A stretch of 64,000 nt of DNA from Leptogorgia sarmentosa (Eukaryota). Where the stretch lies: positions 15,066,001-15,130,000 of the forward strand of contig OZ210885.1 of assembly GCA_964658305.1 (NCBI GenBank), read 5' to 3'. The first letter of the stretch is position 1. Each line of letters starts with the position of its first letter. Positions 1-11,880 of the stretch are shown in pieces. The position numbers and the translations under genes are program-made. The notes beneath the pieces were generated by a model. It was not told the DNA's origin, did no database searches, and saw only the letters and a list, made by a program, of their open reading frames with translations.

Positions 1-956
1 TTCAGTGGTTGGTTGCAATACTACATCATCATTAAAGGAAAAGGCAAGAAATCGTTTCACAGAACATGGAAAGCAATGCCCAACTGCGACATGCAGTTAG
101 ATGCTATTAAAACACTCATGTTTCATTTTGTTGGTTCAAAACGAAACATAACAGCATCGATAAACTCATGCGCAGATCCGCGCGGATATTTAACAATTAG
201 ACAACGACGCCGAGTTGTCTATGAGCAAATAGTCAACGAGGACGAAGTCCAAGTTGTTTTAGTATACACTCTATGCCCAGAATTATTTATATCAAGAAAA
301 TTCTGCAGAAACCTCAGCAAAACGTGAGTTTTCTGCAGTAGCCATATTGTTTTCCTTCGTTTTTTTCGCGAACCGTGGTCTATCAGGGATTAGTAGAATC
401 ATACACTCGTATACTAATGCAAATGCTGCAATTTGATTGGCTACTTTACTTGCTATCTATTCCTCTATAGATAGCGAATAGCAAAATGTGTGAATTTTCA
501 TTCAAGAAAATGTCCTCTGAGATGCGTTTTTGTTAGCTGTTAGCTTGCAGCCAATCAGCAAATTCGTTAGTTAAATCTGATTCAATTTAGCCAATAGATG
601 ACAACGTAACATTGAGATGACGTAATTCTCACTGAGCCCACCCGCAAATTTAAGGGAAGCAACGTGAAGGTGTGCAAAGCAGTTCTTGCGGGCTAAATAT
701 TTCAAAATGGCAGCTCATATAGGCGCGAGCTAAAGAGTGGTGATGTGTTTAATCGCATGAATATCCAGATAAAAAGAAAATATAATGGTTGCAGCGACGA
801 GTGACTTCACTGAAACAGAGGTTAATTTATGAGCGCTTACGCTGTTTAGAACACTATTCTAAGTGCAGTCATGCGTAACATGGGTATAAAAAGACTGAGT
901 CACATGTAATCGGGGTCAGTTTGTTAAACTAGACTCCGGGTTAACTTCGTTGGATT

Positions 957-1106
957 ATGGCCGAACCCGTTGACGTCCCAGTCGTTTTGCCTGTACAAGT
1001 ACCTGATGTCGCGCCAGAAGAAAATCCACCAGCCGTTGCAGCCGCACAGCACGATGATGAACCTCAAGTACAGCCTCAAGCGTTGCCTCAAGCGCAGCCC
1101 GCCGAG
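957..1106 (+). CDS. Putative shared first coding exon (50 aa, P/Q/A-rich) of the YR retroelement
   Basis: ATG at 957; after 50 codons a canonical donor GAG|GTATGT at 1107 (phase 0). Confidence 0.7.
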
Positions 1107-1691
1107 GTATGTCGTTTTATACAGTGCCTTCAAACATTTTGAGATTTCTTTGGGGGCCATTCAGACTGACTGGCGTGAGTATCGTCTTTTTGGTTATTTT
1201 GTGTCTTACTTTTGAGATCAGCCTACCGCTTGCCTAGTTCTTAATCGTTCCGTTATTTGGGGCATTATTCTTGTCGCCCACCCAGTCATAGTTTTGGTTT
1301 GTGGGCCTTTGTAATTTTGGCTATTTACTACGTTTATGAGGCCGGTTTCCTTGCTTGTTTCCCTGGTACCTTGTAGGCGCTGCGTGCTGCCAGCTTTTCT
1401 CGATCTTGTGCTGATTTTACAGAGCGATTTTTTCCCCAGTTTCGTACGACTGTTTGTCGCCAGTTATAATCAATGGTAATTATGGTATTTGTTTTATTTC
1501 CCTCCGGTAATCGTCGTTCATTCATTTAGGGTGTGTTCCCTTAATCCCGTATTTTACATAAGTGGCTTAGTTTCGTTATGCTTTGATGCACGCCCTGGTC
1601 ATTTTAATACGGTACAGCATTACAATCGTTCTTCGTTGCATTTATGTGCTAGGCTCATAGGTTTTATGTTTATGATTTAATCTCCCGCTAT

Positions 1692-2611
1692 GGTTGGGCA
1701 AAGTTTTCCCGGTTTGATTGCATGGATGATGTTTGTTTTGCCTTCGACCTATAATTACTGGTGGTTTGATTTTACTTCCACTCTGGGGTCATTACTATAG
1801 CTTTTTCGGTTGAGGCCGACTTATCGTAGAGCATGGTTGGATGATTTTCGCTGTAGTCATTCAATTTCGATTCGGAAAGAAATGTTTTAGTCGAGGTCCA
1901 GTTATAATTATGTTTGAGGGTATGTTGTACATCAAGTATATTGGTTGGGGCCAATTCTAGTCCTGTACATATACGAGCAGGATGTGTTTGTTGATGCTAC
2001 CTTACATATATAAAGGAATGTCTATGTGGTGTCATTGGTTGCGGCCAATTTTAACTTTGTATAAACGTACGTCGCATTGTTTCACGGCGATTTATAGCCG
2101 CTGCGTGTCTGTACATGCGACAACCCCAGGATAGATATAGTATGATGCATTGGGTTCGCCCTATTTGCCAATGTATATGTCTAAACGTGTATGTGGTTGA
2201 GGCCAATTTATAATATGTGGTGGACATTGACTGTGTCGTTGGGACTGATTTACAATTCTGGTTAACAATACACCCTGCTGGTTGAGGCCAATTTGCGACT
2301 CGGTATGAGAATATCATGTCTTAGTTGTAGCTACTTTACAACTTGGTCACTTCTGCATGACAATCATTTGTTGGTTGTGGCCAATTTCCAATGTTGGTTG
2401 AAGCGATACCCTGTAGGTTCGGCCCAACTTGCGACTGTACGGAAATTATGTTCGTTGAGTGCAATTTACAGTGAACTGCGCGACAATCTGGTGAGTAGTG
2501 TCTAGATCTAGTGTCTAGTGGCCAATTTCAAGTCTATCTGACCGTCTAAAGTTTGGTTGTCGCCAACTGCATCTATGACCGGACGCATAATTTAGTGGTT
2601 GTGGCCAATTT
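1692..2611 (+). repeat. Degenerate ~43-nt-period array with conserved core GGTTGNGGCCAATTT and variable spacers, inside the putative intron
   Basis: Clear cores at 1808, 1943, 2037, 2195, 2280, 2373, 2514, 2555, 2597; weaker cores at 1692, 1989, 2152, 2237, 2323, 2416, 2453. Confidence 0.75.
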
Positions 2612-2694
2612 CTGCCTTTTTATGCATGTAGCATACATGCACTCGTTGAGATCCGTTATGTGAATCTCGCTATAGTTTGGTTCTCGTGTTTTAG

Positions 2695-3210
2695 ATTGGA
2701 GAACAGTTACGATTGTTGAAAGAGGAAGTCCAGGCATTGCATGCGAATCGTTCTCCACAAGATGGTGTCGATGCGGCGTTGCAATTTGTTCGCCAGCTGG
2801 CTTCATCACCTGTAACATTGCGCGACCCAACCATGATTTCCGCCGCTCTTCAGACCTTAGCAGACCAGGCAAGGTGTGCCAGCCATCCAAAATTGGCTGA
2901 GTTTGAAGCCATACTACGGCAAACACGGCCATTACTTTATCGGCCTGAGTATGGCGATGTTATCATCAGATTGCTTGGCACAAAGGAGGAGACGGCCGTT
3001 GCGGCAACTATCGCCAAGATAAAAAAGAACCTGACTTCCAATCGTCAACCTCCCGCCCACCCATATCGTCGCCAGTTTCGAGGTCGAGGGTCAGGTTGGC
3101 GTTTTGGTCGTGATCGTACTGGGGCTAATCGTGCAACATTACTTTGTTTTCATTGTGGCCGTCCTGGTCATTTTCAGAGACATTGCCCCGATAAAAATTC
3201 TACAGCTTAA
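2695..3210 (+). CDS. Gag exon with C-terminal CCHC zinc knuckle
   Basis: CFHCGRPGHFQRHC knuckle; no ATG at the ORF start; acceptor ttctcgtgttttag|ATT at 2694/2695 in frame with exon 1. Confidence 0.85.
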   Translation: MGEQLRLLKEEVQALHANRSPQDGVDAALQFVRQLASSPVTLRDPTMISAALQTLADQARCASHPKLAEFEAILRQTRPLLYRPEYGDVIIRLLGTKEETAVAATIAKIKKNLTSNRQPPAHPYRRQFRGRGSGWRFGRDRTGANRATLLCFHCGRPGHFQRHCPDKNSTA

Positions 3211-3504
3211 TGCGAACATTGCTTTGTATTACTGACACTTTGTATTCTTGGATACTATATTTAATTATATCATATATTGGCTCATTGTCTATTTTTGCTT
3301 TTACGTCTATTTCTCTATTATTTCTCTATTTGAGTCGATCCTATTGAGTCCTCCTCGCCACTGCTGGACCTAGGTGCGGGCTTTCTACAGCCTTGTATGC
3401 CCCGCGAGGGGTTGCCTGGGGCCGACAGTGGTTGGGCGGGCTCCCTATGCCTCGGGTAAATCCTTTGTTTGTTTGCTAGTTTTGTTTTTTCTTTACCCCT
3501 TAAG

Positions 3505-5280
3505 GGTCTCGCCGCTCCTAAGCGCCAAAGAACGGATAAACGGAAGACCTTTTTCCGCGGACATCACCCGAGGCCGAATATACAATGGTGTGATTGGCAA
3601 GGCTCGCCCGTGTCTTTCGTCGGCCCCAGACCCCCTCCGCTGATGGTTTCACCGGGTCAGGTTTTGGCCAGCCCACGAGACGTCATTTTCCGCGACCCTT
3701 CTTCGTTTGTTCCTGGGGAATTGCACAACCATTATAACGAATGGGAACAGATTGTTCTTGTAGGTGAGGCGGAAGAAGTCCTCTCCTTTATTCGCCATGG
3801 GGTAGATGTGTGGCAGTATTTCTGCCCATTTAAGGGGAAGTTCGCGGGTCATCCCATTCGTTGGGATGGTTGTTGTTAGGCAAGTGCATATGTGTACCAT
3901 TCCACCGGTTTGGTGGCCACCAGCTATATTCGTACATTAAACGTCCCTTGCAGTCAATACATTGACGATAGACATAATGGTCAACTGGTTTGTCCATCTA
4001 GTGGCACCTGGTCTGATTTTGAACGAGCCGAAGCAGCGGCTTATATTGTTACCTCCGTACTCACAATCCTCGGTTATTCCATCATTCTCACGAAATCATC
4101 CTTGATACCTTCCCAGTGCGTACGTTTCTCGGGTTATTTGTCAAATTCTCTACTCATGGCGTTCGTTTTGCCCGACGATAAGAAACAGAAATTTCGAATA
4201 TTAAGGGAGGTTATTTTATCTCAAGAGGAAGTCGGCCTTCAGATGTTGCAGCGCTTCGCGGGCAAAACAACATGTTTTTCTATCGCAGTCCCAGCTGCCC
4301 GATTGTACACTCGGGTCATTTATCGTGCTATTGGGTCGCATCAGACGCGGTTAGGCGGGTCAATTCCGGTTACCGGCGAGTTACGTGATCAGATTGCATT
4401 TTGGCGATTCCTGGATACCTGGGAGGGGCATCTTCCGTGGTTTGACAAGAGACACTACGTACTTAAATTTTTTGCGGATGCCTCAAACTCGGGTTGGGGA
4501 GGAGTTCTTTGTCCACTCGGTGGCGAACATTCTACACTTCGCGATTATTGGGAGCCAACTCATCAGCCCAAGCCTATGGTCGTCAAAGAGGCTCTTGCCC
4601 AGTCTTGATCTAATTGCCGCGTCGATGCACATTCGGACAGCTTGACATTTGTTAAGGCCTGGAAGAGCCAAGGGAGCAAGAGTGCCGACCTCACTTCGGT
4701 CATTCAGTCTATCTTCGAGTTGTCACTCCGCGCCAATATTAGCCTCACTCTCTACCACGTGCCATCCAAGGCAAACTTAGCAGATGCTACGTCTCGAGTT
4801 TTGTCCATGGCCGACTGCATGCTTGCCGAGCACGCGTGGCAAGATTTGCAGCGTCGTTGGGGACCTCATACGGTCGATCTTATGTCCCTGGATTCCAACG
4901 TGCATACGGGTCTTGACGGCTTGCCACTACGTCATTTCTCCCCTTGGCCGACGCCCGACTCTGCGGGCGTTAATCTGTTCGCTCAATCGCTTGATGGCAC
5001 AGAAAATGCCTATGTGTTCCCCCCGTTGCCGGTCATTGGCCCTGTCCTTCGCTTCCTGTTCTCTGGTAAATGCAGCTTTACTGTTGTTCTCCCTGACCTC
5101 TTTCCACGACGCTTTTGGTGGCCCTTGATGCGTGGACGTGCCCTGGATAAGTTTGGATTAGGGGGCAAAGGTCAATCCGGTATTCTCCTCTTCCCCACGC
5201 GAGCAGGTAATTTGGAGAATAAACCTCTGGAATGGGATCTTTGGGCGTTTCGGGTGCAAATTGTTCCCTCCATTTCCTAA
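3505..5280 (+). pseudogene. Pol (RT/RNase H plus N6-adenine-methyltransferase-like domain), N-terminal RT deleted and frameshifted
   Basis: Jump from FKGKFAG directly to IPFGW near 3850 (RT motif A missing); QYIDDRH; FADASNSGWGG; NLADATSR; YVFPP. Pyrimidine tract plus AAG acceptor at 3504. Confidence 0.85.
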
Positions 5281-5299
5281 CCTCCGCTTCCTTGTTTAG

Positions 5300-6119
5300 G
5301 GAGTTCCTCGGTTATGGCGACCAGCGAAGACATGTAGAGAATGCGTGGCAAGATAAGCAAGGTGGCAAGATAGGATTTCTCCTCGCCAGGCTACACCACT
5401 CTTTTTTGACAAATTTCGTCTGATCATCCTTCACTTGCGCTCTCTTCTTTGCAATTCCACATCGTCAGCTATCGATAAGTATATTTATGCCCGTGATCTG
5501 ACATTTTTTACTCCTGAGTTTTATACCGGTCAGCGCGCCTCGGACCTTGGCAGACATTTTACAGAATCCGGAAGGCCGCAGTTTGCTTATTCACCAACGA
5601 GTCGGGAAAACTCTCCGAGGAAGTCGTTCGAGGCCAATTCCCATCCGCCCGTTAGCGAATCCCGCCTTCTGCCCTGTCGCAAATTTAACATTCTACCGTA
5701 CACTTTGCACCGCGATGCGAATTGATTTGGGTGTTGGTTTCCTCTTTCGCACAACATCACATCGTGTGTCGGTTTCTAGTTCCCCGTTTTTGGTGTCGGC
5801 GGCACAAGCTCGGTTGCTGTCATATTTGAAGTCGCTGGGGCTCTACACTAACGAGACTGTGCACGGTTTCCGGGGGGGTACCGCTCTGCTGCTCAAGATG
5901 CTTGGTGCCTCAAGTGACGATATTGCACGCCACATAGGATGGTGCTCAACTGCCATGGTGGATCATTACACACAAGTTGATAAGGTTTCCGCGATCCTAG
6001 ACACGGGCGATAAACTTGGGGATAGTATTCTTTCCCGTGCGGGGCAGGTTCCAGCCCAGGTCTTGGGACGTCGATTTACCGAATGTAATAATTTAACGGG
6101 TTTCGAACCGTTTTTCTAG
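5300..6119 (+). pseudogene. Tyrosine recombinase with internal deletion and frameshift
   Basis: GQRASDLG (catalytic R), HGFRGG (HxxR), HIGW, DHY. Starts GVPRLWRPAKTCREC after acceptor cttgtttag at 5299. Confidence 0.85.
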
Positions 6120-7377
6120 TTAACCCATAATCCTATCAGCTGTGTTTGTCTTTATTGTTTTGTTTTCTTTCTTTTCTTTCGTGTGGAGTTTTGGGGGAGA
6201 GAGTTTTGGGGGAGAGAGTTTTGGGGTTTTCGGGTTTAAGTTACGGGTAATGTTAGGTAGGTATAGACGGGGAAATAAAACTTAGTTTTAGCCGGGTTGG
6301 CAATCCTAGCTAACTTACATGACCCGGTGACAGGGCTCGCATTTCCCATAACTCTCATCCCGTAAACCCATGGTAGCATGATTGCAATTGGAATAGATTA
6401 CTATTTATAGTAAGGAAATTTATACGCAAAAATATCTTGACGCAAAAATATCATGATGCAAATTGCAGACATTGGCATTGCTTAAAGATATTAATTAAAG
6501 ACTTTAACGTCTACGCAAATGCGCATGAATCGACAGAATATATTGTATATAAATATATTATTATGATACGGTATTGAAAAGGGTAAATTTGGTTTTTAGA
6601 GAGCCACATTTTTCACAAACAATCGCAAAGCGCTGTGTCTATTTTAAAGACGCAATAACATAAAATGTGATATCATATGTCGTCAAGTTTCAATTCCTTA
6701 TGCAATTTGATATATGATCGCAGGAATTCCGGAATGCAAGATAGTGATGAAAGCTTATATCAAGTATTGAATACGTCTCCACACAGCCTCATGTCTTGAA
6801 AGGAACTGGCATTTGCGCTATTCACCTATTCCCTAGCAGTAAACCATTTTATACATGCAAGATCGCGTATTAGGGACAGATAGATAAGATGCGTGTATCG
6901 AAAAGCTGAAAGCAAGTAAGACTTGATCACCAGGGTGCATTCCATGTAGCCAAACCTGAAGATCTTCGGCGTGGACGTGCAATGCTCTACGGCGCAGCGG
7001 CGTGCAAATGCTAATGTTGGCGTGCCGGCATAGTCTTTTCTTTACTTCAACGGCATACAAACTTAATATAATATACAAACAGAAAATATCTTCCATAAGT
7101 CTCTATTGTATATCAGATCACTTTTAACAGTTTCATCGAAATTCGAAAATTCGAAAAACAATTTTCATGTTTATTCGATTAGGATAAATCTTGGTGTATG
7201 TTGATTTGATATATGTTGCAAACGCGAATATTGTTATTCTATTATTCGATGACACGCGCGTCACGCGATTTTATTCTTAATTATGCACTTATAAATTATT
7301 ATGATAATTTAAGTAATACATTTCAAAATATATAAATATACGGCGGTGTGTGCAAATAACATTGTTTTAACAAAAGC

Positions 7378-7810
7378 ATGGCTGGCTGCTCTTTCGAAGA
7401 CATTGTTGAAAAAGATCTCGAGGAAGACACTGAGGTTAGTTTACTATACAGTACTATATGTATCTTTTTTACTTCTTGTTGTCTAAAATATGAAATTAAG
7501 TGTTATTGAATAATTATTTACAGCCGCAAGCACACATTGCACAACAATATGTAAAAAATGCAAGAAAAAATCACGAAAAAATGAGAAAATTGTACACTCG
7601 TATAATTTTTTAGAGTGATATGCCCCTTGAAAATACTTTATAATACTTAATTGATTGACAATAATTTCTAGAAATGTGCAGTATGTTTTAAAGAAGCAAC
7701 AGGAGCACATCGATGTAAATTGTGCCACAAACCAGTGCATGTGCCATGCGGAGAGCCAGTTGGAGATGAAGGATATGGGCAGAAAGTTGTTTGCTTTGTG
7801 TGTGATAAAA
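7378..7810 (+). pseudogene. Spliced 5' exons (7378-7434, 7524-7550, 7672-7810) encoding a PHD-like Cys/His finger, probably of a DNA transposon gene
   Basis: Phase-consistent GT/AG sites; KCAVCFKEATGAHRCKLCHKPVHVPCGEPVGDEGYGQKVVCFVC. Confidence 0.55.
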
Positions 7811-7955
7811 GTAAATGTTTTTTATTTACACTGGTTGGGTGGGGATAATAACATTTCGATTTTGAGCCTAAAAAAGTTGGTGTTATTAAACTGTTTTGTG
7901 AACATGTGAATAACAGGATTGGAAGAAAGGATCGACGAAAACCCCAGCAAAGAAG

Positions 7956-10778
7956 ATGAAAATGACCGACAAAGAAAAAAAACGGGAAAATTACGTTTGT
8001 CTGGAATGTTTGAAACGGCATTTGCAAGGAAAGCATGATAAAAGATTTGTAACTATTTGCCGTGCAGATGCATCCAGTGTAAAGCGTCACAAGCAGAGGT
8101 GGCACAGCTTGCCAAATAGCATACAATGTACAATTGTTCCTGAATTGGCGCCTGAAGTGTCAGCTCTGAAGAAAGAAGGTCGTGAAGCAAAGCCAAATGA
8201 TAGCAGTGCGTGCGTCTCAAATGCTGAAATGCTTTCCATGGCTGTAGAAAATATCACCAAAGAGAACACCATGGTAAATGACTTTGAAGTACAGCAGTTC
8301 CAGAAGTTTGAAGGAACAATGGATAAGACAAGGAAGGAAATGGAAATGAACGACAGGATTTTTTGTGACGATGCGGAACCCAATGATGTTGCTCCTTTGA
8401 AATCTCATTGTTCAGCGAAGAATCAAAGCACACTTCTTACGATGACAAGACCCACGGCTACGGAACAAACAACAGATATCTCCGAGGATACCTCAATGAA
8501 GCAAGTGATTGATGCAGTGGCTGACCTAAGCCTAAAGATTGATTGCATTGGAAAACAACATAAAACGATGGTGCAATTGGCTTTAGAAGATGGTGAGGTA
8601 CAGAAAAGTCTTTCCACGATGAGAAAAGCAGAGAACATATTGCAACTGACTGAATCCTCCCAGTTACTGAAGTGGTTTTACGATGAAACAACTGAATGTG
8701 CTGTGTTACGATGTTTGCCCTGTTTCCAACTTCATCTTGCAGCCAAACCAACCCTTGCCAAACTTACGCCCGTGAAAGCTCAACGTCTCCTAAACACAAG
8801 CGGTTGTGGCACTCTTGCTACTGGAATTTTCCTAAAGAAGGAAACCACCAGGCTTTTGATCCAAGGTCATAATCAAACGTGGTATCGTGAGAAAAATGTT
8901 TGTATCGAGCATGTGTGCCTTATTGGTACTGGATCCATAACGCATAAAAAAGCCATGAAGGAGTACGAGAAGAACAAGCAAGCTGAGAAAAGAGCAACAA
9001 CGTCGTCGGGAAACGTTTTTCGTGCGGCGATAGCGGATCTAAAACTTGGTGCTGCCGGAAGACATTTAGAAACTCTGATCTCTTTCCTAGCATGTTGCGG
9101 TACGAACGTGTCCATTGGACATTCTAGGAACAATTTTAACCATATCCTTTATTGTTTGGAGAAGATTATAGACAAAAGAATTAACACATGGTTGAACACT
9201 CCCCTTTCATCTACGCTACCACGGACAAAGCAACACCATCGCGAACAACAAACCAAGCTGTGATAGTTGTAGCGAGAAATAATGACGGCGTTCCTTGTCC
9301 TATCCCTGTATCATCGCCTCCAGTCTATTCCGATTTCCAAGAAGCCACATACAGAGAGTTAGCCAAGCAACTGTTAGAGGGAGTCTCACAGCACTTTTCT
9401 GAAGATGTGCTTTCACGCCTTTGTGGAGTTGCAGCCGATGGCCCATATCAGGCATCTGGTTATGCAGCACAACTGAGGGAGTCTCTTGCAATTACAGATG
9501 ATGACCCAGATCTGGCATTGCCTGTTACTTGGGACACTGCTCCTGTCCTTCATCTAGCAGTTACAGATGTCAGAGATGCTCAGGATCAAAGTGGAGCCCA
9601 TTTTCGACGGTTCATCAAGCGATGCAACGTCTTTAACCACATGATGTCGCACGGGAAAGGTTTTGCATTTCTTCAGATGGTAGATAAAGATGCTAGAAGG
9701 CCCTTCTCCTATGCCACTCAACGTTTCGCAAGTTCGTCCTACGAACAATGGCAGAAGATAGAAAAGAGCTACAGCGCCTTATGGAAGGCGTTTGACTTGC
9801 TGCATCCCCAGCAAAACGATGACGAAGAGTGGCAGTATATGATAGCGGGGTCGGACTTTGTTGCGGATCTTCTGCCATTCCTTGACATAATGGAACCTGT
9901 TGTTGACCTGATGATTCGTGCCCAAGCACTCGATACCCCCACGTGGAAGTTAAAGTTGTGGTGGCCGAAAGTCAAGGCGAAACTCATCAAGGCAGGTGGC
10001 GGAGATATAGAAGCTTTTCCAAGATTGCAAAAGGCGCAAGATACACTCAAACCTAGAGAAACATTCAGAGGTGTTGAATTGCTATGAGGTTGGCTCGTCG
10101 TTCAAGACGATGGAGTTAATGCTGGGGAAGAACGCTTCAAATGGAGCATGCGAGAAGAGGATGAAATAAAGGAAAACCGTGAGAGATTTGCTAGAGATTT
10201 GGCGGAAGCTTTAGATAAGCGGGTTAGTAGAGTTTTCAACCCTGCTGTGGTGTCCCACTTGGAAGTGTTCGATGCAGCAAATCTGGTGATGCTCCATTGC
10301 GGTGAAGTGAAGGATGGTTCCTTTAAGTTTGATCTCCCCGAAGAGGTAGAAGAGTATGGCGTAGAATCATGCAAACGTGTGTTGAAAGTAGCGTCAGAAA
10401 TGTCCCATATCCAATCAGCTGGAATAAATTTTGACCATCGCATGGCACATACCTACATGTCACGGAGAAAAAAAGCAGTAAAGCAAGGAATTTGGAACGG
10501 TACATGTCCTGAATGGTTTGAGAGTCAAGAAGCCTCAATGCCGCCGACGAAAGAAGGTGCCGATCTTGTAGGATTTCACTCAGTAAATACTACAGAGTTA
10601 GATTCAGTTTTTACGATGCTTTTCGCGAATGGTAACGTCCACAGAGTGCGTCTTAACGAGCATCGCTTCTACGAATCCTTTTACTCGAGAAAGGAAATCT
10701 ATGAAGTTGCCTGTGCACTCCTTAATATAGTTTTGGCAAAAGGAGGCCCAGAAGCTATAGCAGAAAGTTTTTACAATG
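7956..10778 (+). pseudogene. hAT-like (ZNF862-type) transposase, frameshifted and 3'-truncated
   Basis: Three consecutive ORFs; DKAT, VAADG, WDTAPVLHLAVTD (degenerate CxxH-region), YATQRF, GPEAIAESFY dimerisation-like motif. Confidence 0.65.
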
Positions 10779-11124
10779 CACAATTCTACTCTCCTTTCAT
10801 CCACATTTCTCAAACCAACAAATATCCTTGCATACCGTCCCTTATATGCTGTGCTGTCGGGATGTTCCTCCAAAAGTTGCTTGGTTGCCAACAAATTATG
10901 AGTACCACCAAGCACCTCATAATTGTAGTTGTCAATACAGGATTTTGAAAAGTTTTCTGTTGCATCAACATCTTTTGCCAACAAGTAAAGTGGTTCATAC
11001 GAGCCATTTGGATTGCTTTCCATATTTGCCTTTAGTTGGGCCAAGAAAATTTCATCTACTTTCCTGGTCATCCTGTCTGCTGGAGGTAGTTCAATCTTGT
11101 CAACCGGGACATAAAATTGCCCAT
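10779..11124 (-). pseudogene. Exon encoding a ParB/sulfiredoxin-like N-terminal domain
   Basis: Acceptor tttgaatag at 11125; GQFYVPVDKIELPPADRMTRKVD...YEPLYLL...YEVLGGTHNLLATKQL resembles the ParB/Srx GxHRxxA motif. Confidence 0.6.
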
Positions 11125-11880
11125 CTATTCAAATGGAAATGCACACATGATATTAATTAATATACATTGCATGGCTTTAGGCAGAAATATATTAAACATT
11201 GGGTGCACTCAGAACTTTGGTGAATCAGCCATTGATTGGGCTTGGTAATGGGGTAAAAATGAAGCACTGGTGGTGGTTATCCCCGAGCAACGACGTGCGA
11301 AGTGCCGTCCGGGCGTTAGCCCGGGGCAAGGGTAATAATTCCACATAGCAGAGTCCAAAGTTGCTCGATATGGCGGCCATTTTGGGTCAAGGTGTAAGAG
11401 CAAAATGTGTAAGGGTGGTCATCACTGATCTCAAAAATATGGCGGACTGTCACGAAGGGCGAACACTAAAGGCTTTAGAAAAGTGGAAAACAAAGACGAA
11501 GACTATTGCTGCAAGACTATAAAAGACTCCTGAGAAGACATTAATGCTGGAAAGAGACTTTATATCCACAAGAAGCAACAATTGATTGAAATACAAGACA
11601 AGCGTATGTATTGTTTGCATAATTATAAAATTCTCGCGTATTTATATGAATGGCTGGCTTGGCTGCATTCAATCTGTTTACAGTTTAATTTAAGAAATAA
11701 ATAACCAAAAAATACAGGGGCGGATCCAGGGGGTGTCAAGTGTGGCTAAGACACCGTCAGATTTTTTGTCCCAGAGATCGTGTTTATATTGAATTTTGCA
11801 AATAAAATCCAAAATCGAGGGATTGCAGCAGCGTATTTCAAATTTAGATAATTTCAACTGTTATTTTAGCGCTATTTTAT

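Larger units (their letters stand above)
864..6386 (+). mobile_element. DIRS/PAT-type tyrosine-recombinase retrotransposon (gag, RT/RNase H, methyltransferase-like domain, YR), internally deleted
   Basis: Ordered gag-CCHC, YIDD RT, RNase H (FADAS), MT-like (VDLMSLDSN...AYVFPP) and YR motifs. Imperfect inverted ends tgcagtcatgcgtaacatggg (864) / cccatggtagcatgattgca (6367-6386); TATAAAA at ~885; AATAAA at ~6274. Exact ends uncertain. Confidence 0.85.

Noticed and set aside
185..800. Crypton-like MITE fragment and CCAAT/CRE-type promoter motifs
   Set aside because: No boundaries or linked gene could be defined.
1692..2611. Bona fide CRISPR array
   Set aside because: Core is short and degenerate, no cas genes, eukaryotic retroelement context; kept only as a CRISPR-like layout.
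3346..3443. Hammerhead or HDV-like ribozyme
   Set aside because: No CUGANGA/GAAA core on either strand; the CCTCCTCG word lies in a simple stem and I could not build the HDV pseudoknot.
7810..7956. Splicing of the zinc-finger exons into the hAT-like ORF
   Set aside because: Donor at 7811 is phase 1 while the acceptor at 7916 is phase 0 for that ORF.
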